From the IMG/VR virus record IMGVR_UViG_3300021594_000960, positions 9,156 to 73,155 of that record: a stretch of DNA of 64,000 nucleotides; one strand, 5' to 3'. This stretch comes from a virus. Each line of letters starts with the position of its first letter. The first letter of the stretch is position 1. Shown one piece after another: positions 37,451 to 47,415 of the stretch. The notes beneath the pieces were generated by a model. That model was not told the origin of the DNA and searched no databases. It saw nothing but the letters and a program-made list of their open reading frames with translations. Both the position numbers and the translations under genes were made by a program.

Positions 37451-37639
37451 TTATTCGGGTTCTTTTTCCATCAGAATCCACAACATAAGATAGGTGAAAA
37501 TAACTGGAAGTGGACTCCATATTGCAGCGAAACATAAAATTTTGACCAATAGTGGTTCAATTTCAAAATAATTGGCAAGACCTGTACATACGCCAGCCAA
37601 TGTTCCATTTTTACTTCTGTATAATTTTTTCTTTTCCAT
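37451..37639 (-). CDS. PspC domain protein
   Basis: LYRS...LAGVCTGLANYF...YLMLWILM. Confidence 0.9.
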   Translation of the reverse strand: MEKKKLYRSKNGTLAGVCTGLANYFEIEPLLVKILCFAAIWSPLPVIFTYLMLWILMEKEPE

Positions 37640-37644
37640 AGTTC

Positions 37645-37732
37645 AAAAAAAAGTGGTCAGGGACTGATGGGATGCTATACCTCGGAGTCGACTTCTTTTC
37701 ACCGCTGCAGTCAGTTACATCAGTATGACCAC
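37645..37732 (-). ncRNA. Unknown structured RNA E ending in a U-tract
   Basis: GTGGTCA-t-ACTGATG ... CATCAGT-ccc-TGACCAC-T8. Confidence 0.55.
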
Positions 37733-37738
37733 CACTCG

Positions 37739-37831
37739 TTAAAATGTAACATTATCGCCAGGTTCCCATTCTTCTTCTTCCTTGGGAATATTTGGGTCAA
37801 GTTCTACCTCAACATTCAAAAAAAACGACAT
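37739..37831 (-). CDS. Small acidic ORF (30 aa), possibly a fragment
   Basis: MSFFLNVEVELDPNIPKEEEEWEPGDNVTF*. Confidence 0.4.
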   Translation of the reverse strand: MSFFLNVEVELDPNIPKEEEEWEPGDNVTF

Positions 37832-37872
37832 GAATTTTAACGTTTTATTATTTTTTCAAATATAATACAATT

Positions 37873-38064
37873 TTAAGTATTCTCAAAATTGATTTTGTTC
37901 ATTTCTTCGATTGATAATCTTTCCATCTTCCATTCTAACCACACATTCATATCTTTGAGTTGTTCCAAAGTGTTTTCATGAATTAAAATAAAACCTTCGG
38001 GTGCCACACCATCAAACTTTGAAATTGTACCACGTTCTTGAAGGATTTTTTTGATATCAACCAT
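37873..38064 (-). CDS. Hypothetical protein
   Basis: ORF track; TACATTTG at 38069-38076. Confidence 0.65.
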   Translation of the reverse strand: MVDIKKILQERGTISKFDGVAPEGFILIHENTLEQLKDMNVWLEWKMERLSIEEMNKINFENT

Positions 38065-38082
38065 AAAACAAATGTAAAAAAA

Positions 38083-38709
38083 TTACTTTTCATAACCAAA
38101 AAGTTCGAATTGATTTTTCATAAAATTATAAATTAATTCTTTATTCCTTTCAGTCAAGAATTTTTCTTTTTCTACTTTGAATCTATTTTCGTTTATTTTT
38201 TTTTGTAGAATTTCTTGTAATACTCCTGATTTATTCAAATTCGAGTCTTTCACAAATGGAATTTTCATATAATCATCATAAAGGTTCTCTAAATGAATTA
38301 TATAAGTTGGATTGATGTCTTCAGGTATTATGTACATTGGGTTCAATTTTTCAATTGATATAGTTACGTGATTATAAAAATCTTCAGGTGTGGGGGGTTC
38401 TTGTTTTGTCCAAGTAAATAAAAATCTCGATAAGAACCTATCATAAGGGTTTCTTATGGTCATTATTATTTTGGGTTCATTTGTATTGGGTGGTAAATAA
38501 AAACTATGAACTGTTGATATAGCAGGATTGGCAAACTCAGTGTTCGTTTCTAAATTTCTTGTGTATGTTTGAAAATCAAAATAAGTGAATATCCAAGAAG
38601 CTGTTACGGTTCCAGACTTCATTGGTAGTATCAAATAAAAATCAAAAGTTTTTGAATATATATAATTTTCCCACCTCATATTTATATCTATATAATTTTC
38701 CCCCCTCAT
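38083..38709 (-). CDS. Sulfotransferase family 2-like protein
   Basis: PMKSGTVT, IRNPYDRFLS, IHLENL, FELFGY. Confidence 0.8.
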   Translation of the reverse strand: MRGENYIDINMRWENYIYSKTFDFYLILPMKSGTVTASWIFTYFDFQTYTRNLETNTEFANPAISTVHSFYLPPNTNEPKIIMTIRNPYDRFLSRFLFTWTKQEPPTPEDFYNHVTISIEKLNPMYIIPEDINPTYIIHLENLYDDYMKIPFVKDSNLNKSGVLQEILQKKINENRFKVEKEKFLTERNKELIYNFMKNQFELFGYEK

Positions 38710-38729
38710 ATTTATATCTATATAATTTT
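38661..38729. repeat. 30-bp tandem duplication (2.3 copies) over a gene start
   Basis: TATAATTTTCCC(A/C)CCTCATATTTATATCTA. Confidence 0.9.
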
Positions 38730-38768
38730 AGTCGAAAGACATAAATTTTAAACCCAAATATATGGACG

Positions 38769-38993
38769 ATGCAAATAAACAGGGAAACGTGGCAGAAAAC
38801 TCTAAAAGAAAATCTGTCTCAAATATTTTTAATGTTGGCTCTGTTCTTCAATCCGTTTGGATTCGATGCCGTTCAATATTCCCTAATACTTTGGACAGGA
38901 AGTTTATGGAAAGCGAACTTCGTTTTGTATTGTATTGCGGGGCTTTTCTTTGGTTTATATATATACTTTCGAAGATTATCTAAAGTGCCTTGA
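38769..38993 (+). CDS. Small membrane protein
   Basis: Hydrophobic; FFNPFGFD motif. Confidence 0.7.
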   Translation: MQINRETWQKTLKENLSQIFLMLALFFNPFGFDAVQYSLILWTGSLWKANFVLYCIAGLFFGLYIYFRRLSKVP

Positions 38994-40458
38994 GCTTCCC
39001 CTCTTTGAAGGCATTGAAGTTTGGACCTTTTATTAAAAGGAAATCTTTTCCAACTTTTCTATAACCTAAAATTCCTGCGTTTTTTGCAGCCGCGAAGAAT
39101 GACGAGTGTTGACCTCTCAAATCACGAGGTTTCATTACAAATCCGTCTTTAGTTCTTTTGTACATTGTCTTACCATCTTTAGTAATTTTGTTTAAAAATC
39201 CTATATCTGTAAGGAAATCAAGTTTTGTTCCTATTTTACCTGATTCTAAGAACTTCACAAGTTTTTCAATCCAACCTTTTTTCCTACCAAAAGTGTAACC
39301 ATACGATGGTCTAAAAAAACTTGATGTACCAACAATCTTTTCTCTGAGTTTGGTACTTTTTTTAACTTCATCTAAACACCTACTCGAAATGTAAGACCTA
39401 ACTCCCTCTGCAGTGCTTCCTATTGTGTCCATTATTTTAAACTTTACATCAATTCCAAAATTTTCCAAACCCAAATCGATAAAATAGTCTTCCTCGATGT
39501 GATTGTCTAAACCCATGAAACCAATACTCGCTTCAAAATATTCTTTATTAGTTGACTTGAAAGTTACAAAAACCTGATATTCGTCAATCAGAACGTTATC
39601 CAATACTACAGCCAAACTTGCTTCAGTGTGGCCTGGTCCCAAATCGTTTATACCTTGAAAACCCTCAATAACTACACTTAATTCTGATTCAGTTCCAAAT
39701 AGTTTTTTATCACTTCTTTTTGTTACACCGAATGAATTGAAAATTTCATTTAAACGTTTTTCTTCAGCTGAGACTTTAAAAGTTTTATAATTTTCTTCTA
39801 TGGCATCTATAATCTCAGGAAATGCGTATTTGAATATTGCGATTTCTCTTTCTCCCATCGGAGAATCTTTGGAATCCCAAAATTTGGGATAACCTGAATT
39901 ATCAAAATGAATTGCAACTTTCGAATAATCTTTGTCTGTTGAATTAGCTTTATTGATTATGTAATACAAAGCCTGACTTCCTGACGTGTAACGCTGAAAA
40001 TGGTCAGGTGATTGAGCTGTGGTACACCATTTAGTGTTGGAACCGTACTTACAAGACGCACCGTGAGATTTCGGTAAAACAACCAAAAATTTATCGTCCT
40101 CGTAAACTTTTTCTACCTGATTTTCTGATTCCTTTTTTTTCTTTTTTTCTCTGATGTATAGAATAACTTTCTCAAGTTCATTTAAAGACACGTATTGATT
40201 TATATCTTTTTTCGGAAGTTGAGATTGGTATTTGTCGAAATCCTTTATTAAATCAACTAGTTTTTCTAATTCGAAAGTGTCTAGTTCTCCATCACCGTCT
40301 GTATTTTTTAATACAAAGTCAGTGTATTTGTGGTTGAAATCTTGTAAATCGGAAATGTTAAGAATAAACTCTAAATCCTCTTCATTGAATTTAGTTGAAT
40401 ATTTTTTTCTTAAATCTTCTTTACGACCTTCCTTTAATAAAATTGAGAAAAACTTCAT
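38980..40458 (-). CDS. Hypothetical protein with YG-x-T-x-WCT (PcfJ-like) domain
   Basis: KDINQY, ASCKYGSNTKWCTT, LYYII. Confidence 0.75.
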   Translation of the reverse strand: MKFFSILLKEGRKEDLRKKYSTKFNEEDLEFILNISDLQDFNHKYTDFVLKNTDGDGELDTFELEKLVDLIKDFDKYQSQLPKKDINQYVSLNELEKVILYIREKKKKKESENQVEKVYEDDKFLVVLPKSHGASCKYGSNTKWCTTAQSPDHFQRYTSGSQALYYIINKANSTDKDYSKVAIHFDNSGYPKFWDSKDSPMGEREIAIFKYAFPEIIDAIEENYKTFKVSAEEKRLNEIFNSFGVTKRSDKKLFGTESELSVVIEGFQGINDLGPGHTEASLAVVLDNVLIDEYQVFVTFKSTNKEYFEASIGFMGLDNHIEEDYFIDLGLENFGIDVKFKIMDTIGSTAEGVRSYISSRCLDEVKKSTKLREKIVGTSSFFRPSYGYTFGRKKGWIEKLVKFLESGKIGTKLDFLTDIGFLNKITKDGKTMYKRTKDGFVMKPRDLRGQHSSFFAAAKNAGILGYRKVGKDFLLIKGPNFNAFKEGKLKAL

Positions 40459-40474
40459 ATGGTATAAATACCAA

Positions 40475-40825
40475 TTATTTCCAAAACAACTGAATAAGTA
40501 AGATGGTCAAACTTAGGACCAAACAAACAATTGTTTTGAGAGACAAAGGCTCTTTCAACATAATCCAAGCCATAATTGAAAAAATCAAAACACCGATAGA
40601 AAACCCAATAATACGATTTGGCCAGGTTTGACCATCATATAGGTGTACCATTTCTCTACTTGCAAGAATTACAAAATAACCAATTGGTACTCCAATTAAA
40701 GACATTAAAAAAGGATGGTCTTTAATCCATTTATTCCACAAATGACCTTGTAGTTGATAGAAAGTGAAAATCTGTGAAAGTATGTATACTGAAAATATAA
40801 AAAATATGGAACCTAATTTACTCAT
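40475..40825 (-). CDS. Four-TM membrane protein (DMT-like)
   Basis: Four hydrophobic helices; LKEPLS. Confidence 0.7.
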   Translation of the reverse strand: MSKLGSIFFIFSVYILSQIFTFYQLQGHLWNKWIKDHPFLMSLIGVPIGYFVILASREMVHLYDGQTWPNRIIGFSIGVLIFSIMAWIMLKEPLSLKTIVCLVLSLTILLIQLFWK

Positions 40826-40903
40826 GTCTAAATTATAATAAAAATTAAGTAAATAAAAAACCCCCATCCGAAGATGAGGGTTAATTAATTTTATTGATAG
40901 AAA

Positions 40904-43900
40904 TTATCTACCGAAAATATATCTCAATCCGAGTTGAGCTTGCCAAACATCAAATACAGATGTGTTCCACTGATAAGTGTCTCTGATAAGACCTACAGTA
41001 GTTGTACCATTTGCATTTAACACTGGTTGCGTTGATAATCTGTAAACAGGTTCACCTGCTGTGTTAGTTGATGAGTAACTGAGAATTGCTGGGTTTGTAG
41101 CTCTTTGAGATACACCCCAATCAGAGTTAACCATATTACCAAAGTTTAAGATATCCAATCTAAGTTGGAATGTGTTTCTTTGACCTTTGATATCTACAAA
41201 GAAATCTTGTTGTATGGAGATATCAAATCTGTGTAACATAGGGATTACTGAAGCGTTCCTTTCAGCGTATTGACCTCTTCTTGTTGAAAGATATTTGTCT
41301 TGGTCAATGTAAGCATCGAATGCCGCTTGTTGTTGTGCTTCAGTGAAAGTTACACCACCTGAAGTGAATGAAGCAAATCTGATGTCTGTAGCTTTGTTAG
41401 GAACAAAGATAAGTTCATTGTTGTTTACTCTATCACCGTTAAGGTCACCTGCTACGAAGTAGCTGAAAGGATTACCTTGTTGACCTACATAACCTAAAGT
41501 GATTGTTGTTGCACCAGCACCTTTCTTAGCACCATTTTCTAACTTATATCCTACAAGTCCTACGACTCTGTTTGGAATCCAGTTATCCGCGAAAGCTAAT
41601 GGTAAATCATTATTACCGTTAATAGCTCTTGCTGACTGCCAAGAACCTGAAGCAATTGAACCCGCACTCATATAATCTTTTGATAAAGATGTAGTCCAAG
41701 CTAAAGAACCCCAAAGTCCTTTTTGAGCTGGATATTTTAACTCAAAAGTTGCAGATGTATTATAAGCACCTTCTCTGTTAGTTAATACCGCACCCATTGA
41801 TACGTTATCATTAACTCTAACTCCTGCGTCATTTCTTGCGAATACCGCTCTTTTATCAGGACCGTTAAATGCACCTACAGGAGCATCTAAGTTTGAATTA
41901 TAGTAATGAACTGCGTTAAGGAATCTGTTGTACATAAGTTCCACAGTACCTATAAAACCTAAAGGTAACTTTTTGTCTGCTGCTAAGTTTGTTTTCCATA
42001 CTTGTGGAAATTTGTAATTAGGGTCTGTGAATGCTAAGTCAAATGTAGAAGGTAATGTTGGAGTCTGAGGGATGAAGTATTGATTAGGATTAGCAGTGAA
42101 ACCGTAGTTTGCAGCTGCAGCACCCGATACATCAATAAATCCTGTTAGAACACCATTGTTACCTACTTGGTTAGAAACGAATACATATGGAGGTCTTCCT
42201 GTGAATACACCTGAACCACCTCTAACCTGTAAATCGTTTTTACCTTTGTGATTGTAATTGAAACCAATTCTTGGTTCGAACAATACTTGAGTCTTAGGAA
42301 GAACTCCTGTATTGAATTTTTCACCACCAGCAAAAGTCATTGCTGTTACTGCTTTGTTCTCTAAAGCTGTGTTTTCAAAACCGATAACAGCAACTCTAAG
42401 ACCTCCTGTGATTTTCAAATTCTCATTGTGTTGATATTCATCTTGAGCATATAAGTCAAGACGTGAAGTTTTCAAAACTTGCATTGGTTCAATTCCACCA
42501 GGTAAAGCTGAGTAACGAAGTTGGAATCTTGCAGGTGCAAGAGTTGAAGGTCTTCCACCGTTAGCAATCGATTGATTTGCTGCTGTGTAGAAGTCATTAA
42601 GAGAATTGAAGATATAAACACCATTAGATGCAGGATAAAATAAGTTGTTAGAACGGTACTTTTCGAAGTTAACACCTGCTACTATTGTATGTTTGTCCAA
42701 AAATTTGGTCAAGTTATTAGTAACGTGGAATGTGTTGTAATCTAACTTATTACCAGGTGTGAATGGGTCAAAACCTACTGAAGCGTATGTTGCAGTACCA
42801 TTCATAATATCAATAGTTGGAAACATCTGTGAAAGATATCCTCTATTTTCAATCTGAACATCATAACCAACAATCAAGTTGTTGTGTAATGTGTTTGAGA
42901 ACTTGCTGTTGAGTTCTAATACAGAGGAACGAGTGTTATCTTGAATAATATAACCACTGTTCTTGAAACTCATTGCATTGAACTGAGTAGTTCTGTTACC
43001 AGCACCTGCTGATTGTGAGTTTGAGATATTAATCTCAGCTGATGAGTTGTGGTGTACATAACGACCAGTCAATTTATGCTTGTCGTTTATGTTCCAATCC
43101 AATCTAACCAAGAATTTCTCAGAAGTGTTTGCGTTATTATAGTTTTCCCATGGACCTGTTTCATAGTTGAAATTTGTTCTCATGAAATCAGATAGAGTCT
43201 TCATATCTGAATAAAGTACTCTTGAGATTTGAGAACCTGCTAAAGGTGAACCTTGAGAAATCCAAGTAGTTCCTGGTTCGGTTTTCTCCAAACTTTCGTA
43301 GTTACCAAAAATGAATAATTTGTTTTTGATAATCGGAGCACCTAATCTGAAACCTCTGATTGACTCTTCAAATTTTGAAGCAGTCACTGTTGTTCCTTTA
43401 GCGTTGTTACCTACGTAACGTTGATTGTCTCTGTTGAACTGATAATAAGAACCTTCAACTTTGTTTGAACCACTTCTTGTAACTGCGTTGATACCAGCAC
43501 CAACGAAACCACTTTGACGGATGTCGAAAGGAGCTACGTTGATTTGAAGTTGGTCAATCGCATCCAAGGAAATAGCACTTGAACCTGTTCTACCACCCGC
43601 TTGAGCTGAAGAACCAAGTCCAAAACCATTATTAAACTGAGAACCGTCGATAGTGAAATTGTTTAATCTACTATCCGCTCCACCGAACGAACGACCATCA
43701 CCCATTGGATTGTACTTGGTGATTCCGTCGATTGTTCTCGCACCTGTAATGGGAACAGAAGTTAATTCTCTTCTACCAAACTGCTGAGACGCACCTGTTC
43801 TGTCGATACTAAAAGTGTTGTTTCTATTGAAACTAACAACAACTTCCTGTAGGGACTTGATATCTTCAATCAAAATAACCTCTAAAGTAGTTGTAATACC

Positions 43901-44191
43901 CAAAGAGGTGTTGATATCAGATAGTTCCTTCATTTTGTAACCCACGAAAGATACATGGACTACGTAAGGACCACCAGGACGAACAGCGGGAATGGTAAAA
44001 TTACCAACTTTGTTTGTGGATGCACGATATTCAGAACCCGTAGGTTGATGAACAACGTGAACCGATGCTCCCACTAAAGCATCTCCTTTTTCATTTTTCA
44101 CAACACCAGACAGGGCAGATGTAGTTATTTGCCCGAAAGATGTTAGAGTCACTAACAAGGATAAAAGCGACGCGAAAATTGCTTTTTTCAT
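40904..44191 (-). CDS. TonB-dependent receptor, Oar-like, with carboxypeptidase regulatory-like N-domain
   Basis: Signal peptide; GGPYVV; NNFTIDG; APFDIRQSGFVGAGINAVTRSGSN; C-terminal QAQLGLRYIF. Confidence 0.93.
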   Translation of the reverse strand: MKKAIFASLLSLLVTLTSFGQITTSALSGVVKNEKGDALVGASVHVVHQPTGSEYRASTNKVGNFTIPAVRPGGPYVVHVSFVGYKMKELSDINTSLGITTTLEVILIEDIKSLQEVVVSFNRNNTFSIDRTGASQQFGRRELTSVPITGARTIDGITKYNPMGDGRSFGGADSRLNNFTIDGSQFNNGFGLGSSAQAGGRTGSSAISLDAIDQLQINVAPFDIRQSGFVGAGINAVTRSGSNKVEGSYYQFNRDNQRYVGNNAKGTTVTASKFEESIRGFRLGAPIIKNKLFIFGNYESLEKTEPGTTWISQGSPLAGSQISRVLYSDMKTLSDFMRTNFNYETGPWENYNNANTSEKFLVRLDWNINDKHKLTGRYVHHNSSAEINISNSQSAGAGNRTTQFNAMSFKNSGYIIQDNTRSSVLELNSKFSNTLHNNLIVGYDVQIENRGYLSQMFPTIDIMNGTATYASVGFDPFTPGNKLDYNTFHVTNNLTKFLDKHTIVAGVNFEKYRSNNLFYPASNGVYIFNSLNDFYTAANQSIANGGRPSTLAPARFQLRYSALPGGIEPMQVLKTSRLDLYAQDEYQHNENLKITGGLRVAVIGFENTALENKAVTAMTFAGGEKFNTGVLPKTQVLFEPRIGFNYNHKGKNDLQVRGGSGVFTGRPPYVFVSNQVGNNGVLTGFIDVSGAAAANYGFTANPNQYFIPQTPTLPSTFDLAFTDPNYKFPQVWKTNLAADKKLPLGFIGTVELMYNRFLNAVHYYNSNLDAPVGAFNGPDKRAVFARNDAGVRVNDNVSMGAVLTNREGAYNTSATFELKYPAQKGLWGSLAWTTSLSKDYMSAGSIASGSWQSARAINGNNDLPLAFADNWIPNRVVGLVGYKLENGAKKGAGATTITLGYVGQQGNPFSYFVAGDLNGDRVNNNELIFVPNKATDIRFASFTSGGVTFTEAQQQAAFDAYIDQDKYLSTRRGQYAERNASVIPMLHRFDISIQQDFFVDIKGQRNTFQLRLDILNFGNMVNSDWGVSQRATNPAILSYSSTNTAGEPVYRLSTQPVLNANGTTTVGLIRDTYQWNTSVFDVWQAQLGLRYIFGR

Positions 44192-44210
44192 GTTTTTTTT
44201 GTTTATTGGT

Positions 44211-44330
44211 TTATAAATAAAAAAATCCCGTGGGTATAAGCCGACGGGACTTTGCTATTCGCGAAGTTAAGTTCGTGTACAGGTAATAAAAATTTTTCAT
44301 AAAATTCCTCTCCAAAAAATAAGTATTCAT
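44211..44330 (-). other. Possible leader ORF running through a terminator upstream of the TonB receptor
   Basis: MNTYFLERNFMKNFYYLYTNLTSRIAKSRRLIPTGFFYL*; hairpin TCCCGT..ACGGGA-T7 at 44219-44249. Confidence 0.35.
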
Positions 44331-44382
44331 AGACTCACACAAAACTTTAAAAGTATATTAAGAAATCTTTGAGAAGTCAAAC

Positions 44383-44409
44383 AAAAAACCCCAAGTTAGA
44401 CTTGGGGTT
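44383..44409 (-). terminator. tmRNA terminator
   Basis: AACCCCAAGT-cta-ACTTGGGGTT-TTTT. Confidence 0.8.
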
Positions 44410-44413
44410 AATC

Positions 44414-44806
44414 TGGTGGAGAAGACGGGATTCGAACCCGTGTCTTGTTCGCGATAACTATAAATGACTACACGTTTATTACAACATTGTTTCTCAATGT
44501 TCCGAAATATTAGGTTTGATATTTGTGAGAACCCCACCTACAAACAACTTGGTCTCAGAATTATTTTAAACGAGCTCTGACCTGTGACCCGTAAATTGGA
44601 CTTCTGTTCCTAGGTTAATGTCCTAACCGACCCGAGTAGTTGTGTCTTAATTAAGCAACAACTGTAGCTTCTTCAGCGATTAAACCGATAGCAGCCATTT
44701 TAGCAAAAGTATTGCCGTTTGTGTTTCAAATCAGTTTTTAAGGAGTTAATTCAGCTCCTACGTGCCACTTATACCTACACACGCCAATCAATGCCATGTC
44801 TTCCCC
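44414..44806 (-). ncRNA. ssrA: tmRNA
   Basis: 5' GGGGAAGA, 3' GGTTCGAATCCCGTCTTCTCCACCA; tag GNTFAKMAAIGLIAEEATVVA* at 44716-44651; TATATTTG promoter at 44827-44834. Confidence 0.92.
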
Positions 44807-44878
44807 AATAATTTCAATGAACAAAGCAAATATAGGTATAAATATTCTATTTCCAAACCTAACTTCTATTTATTTAAT

Positions 44879-45922
44879 ATGGAATTAGGTGACTCGTTTT
44901 ATGGTTTAAGAAATTTCGTTAAGGGTAGAATATCCAAATATGAATTGGAGGGTATTGACCCTGCAATTGATAGAATCATCTTGAATTCTACAAACCCTGC
45001 ACAATCCACTGTAATACTTGACTTCGAATCATTTGAAAAATTAGGTAAATTGATAGGATTGAGTGACGATGATATTTGGTTTTATCAAATGGTTACATCA
45101 CCATACCAACGATATGAGGCGTATGATTTCTACACGGCTGACGATGATTGGAAACAAGGTTATGGTGCTTGGTATGATATTAGTGATGAAAATATGGAGT
45201 TGATGGAAAAAATTGCGAAATATTACTTCAATACCGTAATTGATTGGAATGATAATGATAGTATGGGAGAGTTTGGTGCAAAATTGGACAAATTTTTCCC
45301 AAAAAGTGTTACTAGTATTGTTCAAGATTGGACACATGAAAAAAACCGAGAAATGAATTATGTCGCACGTGAACATGTAGAAAAAGAACTCGACAATTTT
45401 TTGAAAAATTTTGGATTGGATTTATATGGCGGAGACAAAATAAAAAGCACTGTGGCTGATTTAATTTCATTGTATCTACAATTCGGAGTACCCCACCTTT
45501 CTTTAACAAAACTTTTTAAGGAAGTTTTTAAGGGCTCGGATAGAACGATAGGTGGTTGGGACGAAGATAGGTACGAATATCAAGATGATGAACATTTTGA
45601 TAAAACCTCTTATAATAGAACGGTGGAAAAAGAATTAGAAGATATACTTGAGGAACTTGAAGAAAAGGAGGATGGGAACTCACTTCAAGACTTTGTAAAA
45701 ATGGTTGATAAAGTATCAAACAAATATAAAATAAATGTTTGGTATGATTTACCCAAAGATGATAAGGTTATTTTTAAGATTAGAGGGTTTGATAGAAAAG
45801 ATGGAAAAATTGATGTAAGTTTGAAAAGAAGGGGAACTAATGATTTCAAAGATTTTGCTGTTACAGAAGAAACTTTTTACAGATTACTATACCAACCAGA
45901 ATTATTTCGTTTGGAATTTTGA
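44879..45922 (+). CDS. Hypothetical protein
   Basis: ATG after TATTTAT; the longer ORF-track start overlaps the tmRNA. Confidence 0.75.
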   Translation: MELGDSFYGLRNFVKGRISKYELEGIDPAIDRIILNSTNPAQSTVILDFESFEKLGKLIGLSDDDIWFYQMVTSPYQRYEAYDFYTADDDWKQGYGAWYDISDENMELMEKIAKYYFNTVIDWNDNDSMGEFGAKLDKFFPKSVTSIVQDWTHEKNREMNYVAREHVEKELDNFLKNFGLDLYGGDKIKSTVADLISLYLQFGVPHLSLTKLFKEVFKGSDRTIGGWDEDRYEYQDDEHFDKTSYNRTVEKELEDILEELEEKEDGNSLQDFVKMVDKVSNKYKINVWYDLPKDDKVIFKIRGFDRKDGKIDVSLKRRGTNDFKDFAVTEETFYRLLYQPELFRLEF

Positions 45923-45945
45923 GGAATAATTCGTACTTTTGTTTA

Positions 45946-46785
45946 ATGACTAAAAATATAGAATTACTAAAACAAGTTTTGAGTATCCCAACTAAGACTT
46001 ACAAAGAGGATATGATGATTTCATATCTTTCTAAATGGTTGGCTGCTAATAATATTGAATTTTATTTAGACGATAAAAGAAATATCTACGCAACAAAAAA
46101 ACCCCAAGGAGAATTACCAAAAGATTTTTATTTTCCTTGTGTAATCTCACACACAGACACCGTTCATAGTTTGGATGTTATCAATGTTATTGAAGAACAA
46201 CTCCCGAATGCACAAGACGAATTGAAATTATCTCTCAAAGGTTATAATGACTTAGGAAGACCTACAGGTATTGGTGGTGACGACAAATGTGGAGTTTTTG
46301 CTTGTATGACCTTACTTCGTGAATTGCCTTATCTCAAAGCGGCGTTCTTTGTTTCTGAGGAAACAGGATGCCACGGTTCTCGTAGTGCAGACCCAAAGTT
46401 TTTTGAGAACGTGGGTTATGGGATTCAGTTCGATGCCCCTGAAAATTGGATGATTACTGAGAAATGTTTTGGTCAAGTTTTATTTGACCGTGATTCTGAA
46501 TTTTTTAAATCTTGTGATGAAGTTTTAACTGAAGGTATGGTGAAAGAAAACATGCAATATATGGTACATCCATATACTGATGTTTATGCTTTGAGAGGTA
46601 AGTTCGATTTTTCTTGTATCAATTTTTCAATTGGATACTACAACTATCACACAGCTAATGAATATGTTGTTGTCGATGACGTTTTCAACGGAATTGAAAT
46701 GGGGAGAAAAATGATTGAAAAATTAGGGTATAATCTACACTATAAAAAGTCACAAGATTATGTTCAAAGGTCTTATATTTTTTAA
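45946..46785 (+). CDS. Zn peptidase (M20/M28/M42 clan)
   Basis: SHTDTV, GGDDKCG, EETG, YTD, GYYNYHT. Confidence 0.88.
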   Translation: MTKNIELLKQVLSIPTKTYKEDMMISYLSKWLAANNIEFYLDDKRNIYATKKPQGELPKDFYFPCVISHTDTVHSLDVINVIEEQLPNAQDELKLSLKGYNDLGRPTGIGGDDKCGVFACMTLLRELPYLKAAFFVSEETGCHGSRSADPKFFENVGYGIQFDAPENWMITEKCFGQVLFDRDSEFFKSCDEVLTEGMVKENMQYMVHPYTDVYALRGKFDFSCINFSIGYYNYHTANEYVVVDDVFNGIEMGRKMIEKLGYNLHYKKSQDYVQRSYIF

Positions 46786-47390
46786 ATAAAGTCTTCTAAC
46801 TGACTTATATATTTTTTAACCATCGGGTGGTCTTGTATATCATTATATCTGACCCCCGATTTTTTCATTTCTTTCACTTGATTCATAATTTGTGAAAGTT
46901 GAAATATAACACCCTGAGACATCATTGGGTAATTTTCTATATAACTTGAAAGTCTGAATTGTTGTTTTGCAAATTCTATGGGGATATCTAATTTGATGAT
47001 TAGTTTTGCCACCATGTTTTTAGCGAATTGGTCTGCATCCAATTCCATTTCCCAATAGTGTTCATATAATTTTTCCAAATTATCCAAATCGAAATCCGTG
47101 AATGGATTTGGCATTTTAATGTCTCTGACTTGTTGGTCGTGCCTGATTTCGTGGAAAATTGTATATAAAAAATCACCAATAGTTCTCATGTTCATTGGTG
47201 AACAAATTATAACTTGGTCTCTTGTCCTTACACCTGAGAAACCCGTTGAACATGAATTTAGAAACTTTACATTAACCTTATGTTTTTTGATGTAATTTTT
47301 TATAAAGGTTTCAATTACATCAACCTTAGATTTATATTGGTTCGGAAAATTTTCTTTGAAGTGATTTAAAAGTCTTGAGAGATTACTCAT
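46782..47390 (-). CDS. Putative zincin metallopeptidase-like protein
   Basis: HEIRH...ELDAD. Confidence 0.7.
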   Translation of the reverse strand: MSNLSRLLNHFKENFPNQYKSKVDVIETFIKNYIKKHKVNVKFLNSCSTGFSGVRTRDQVIICSPMNMRTIGDFLYTIFHEIRHDQQVRDIKMPNPFTDFDLDNLEKLYEHYWEMELDADQFAKNMVAKLIIKLDIPIEFAKQQFRLSSYIENYPMMSQGVIFQLSQIMNQVKEMKKSGVRYNDIQDHPMVKKYISQLEDFI

Positions 47391-47415
47391 TCTTATAAAT
47401 ATAAAAAAAAGGGAC

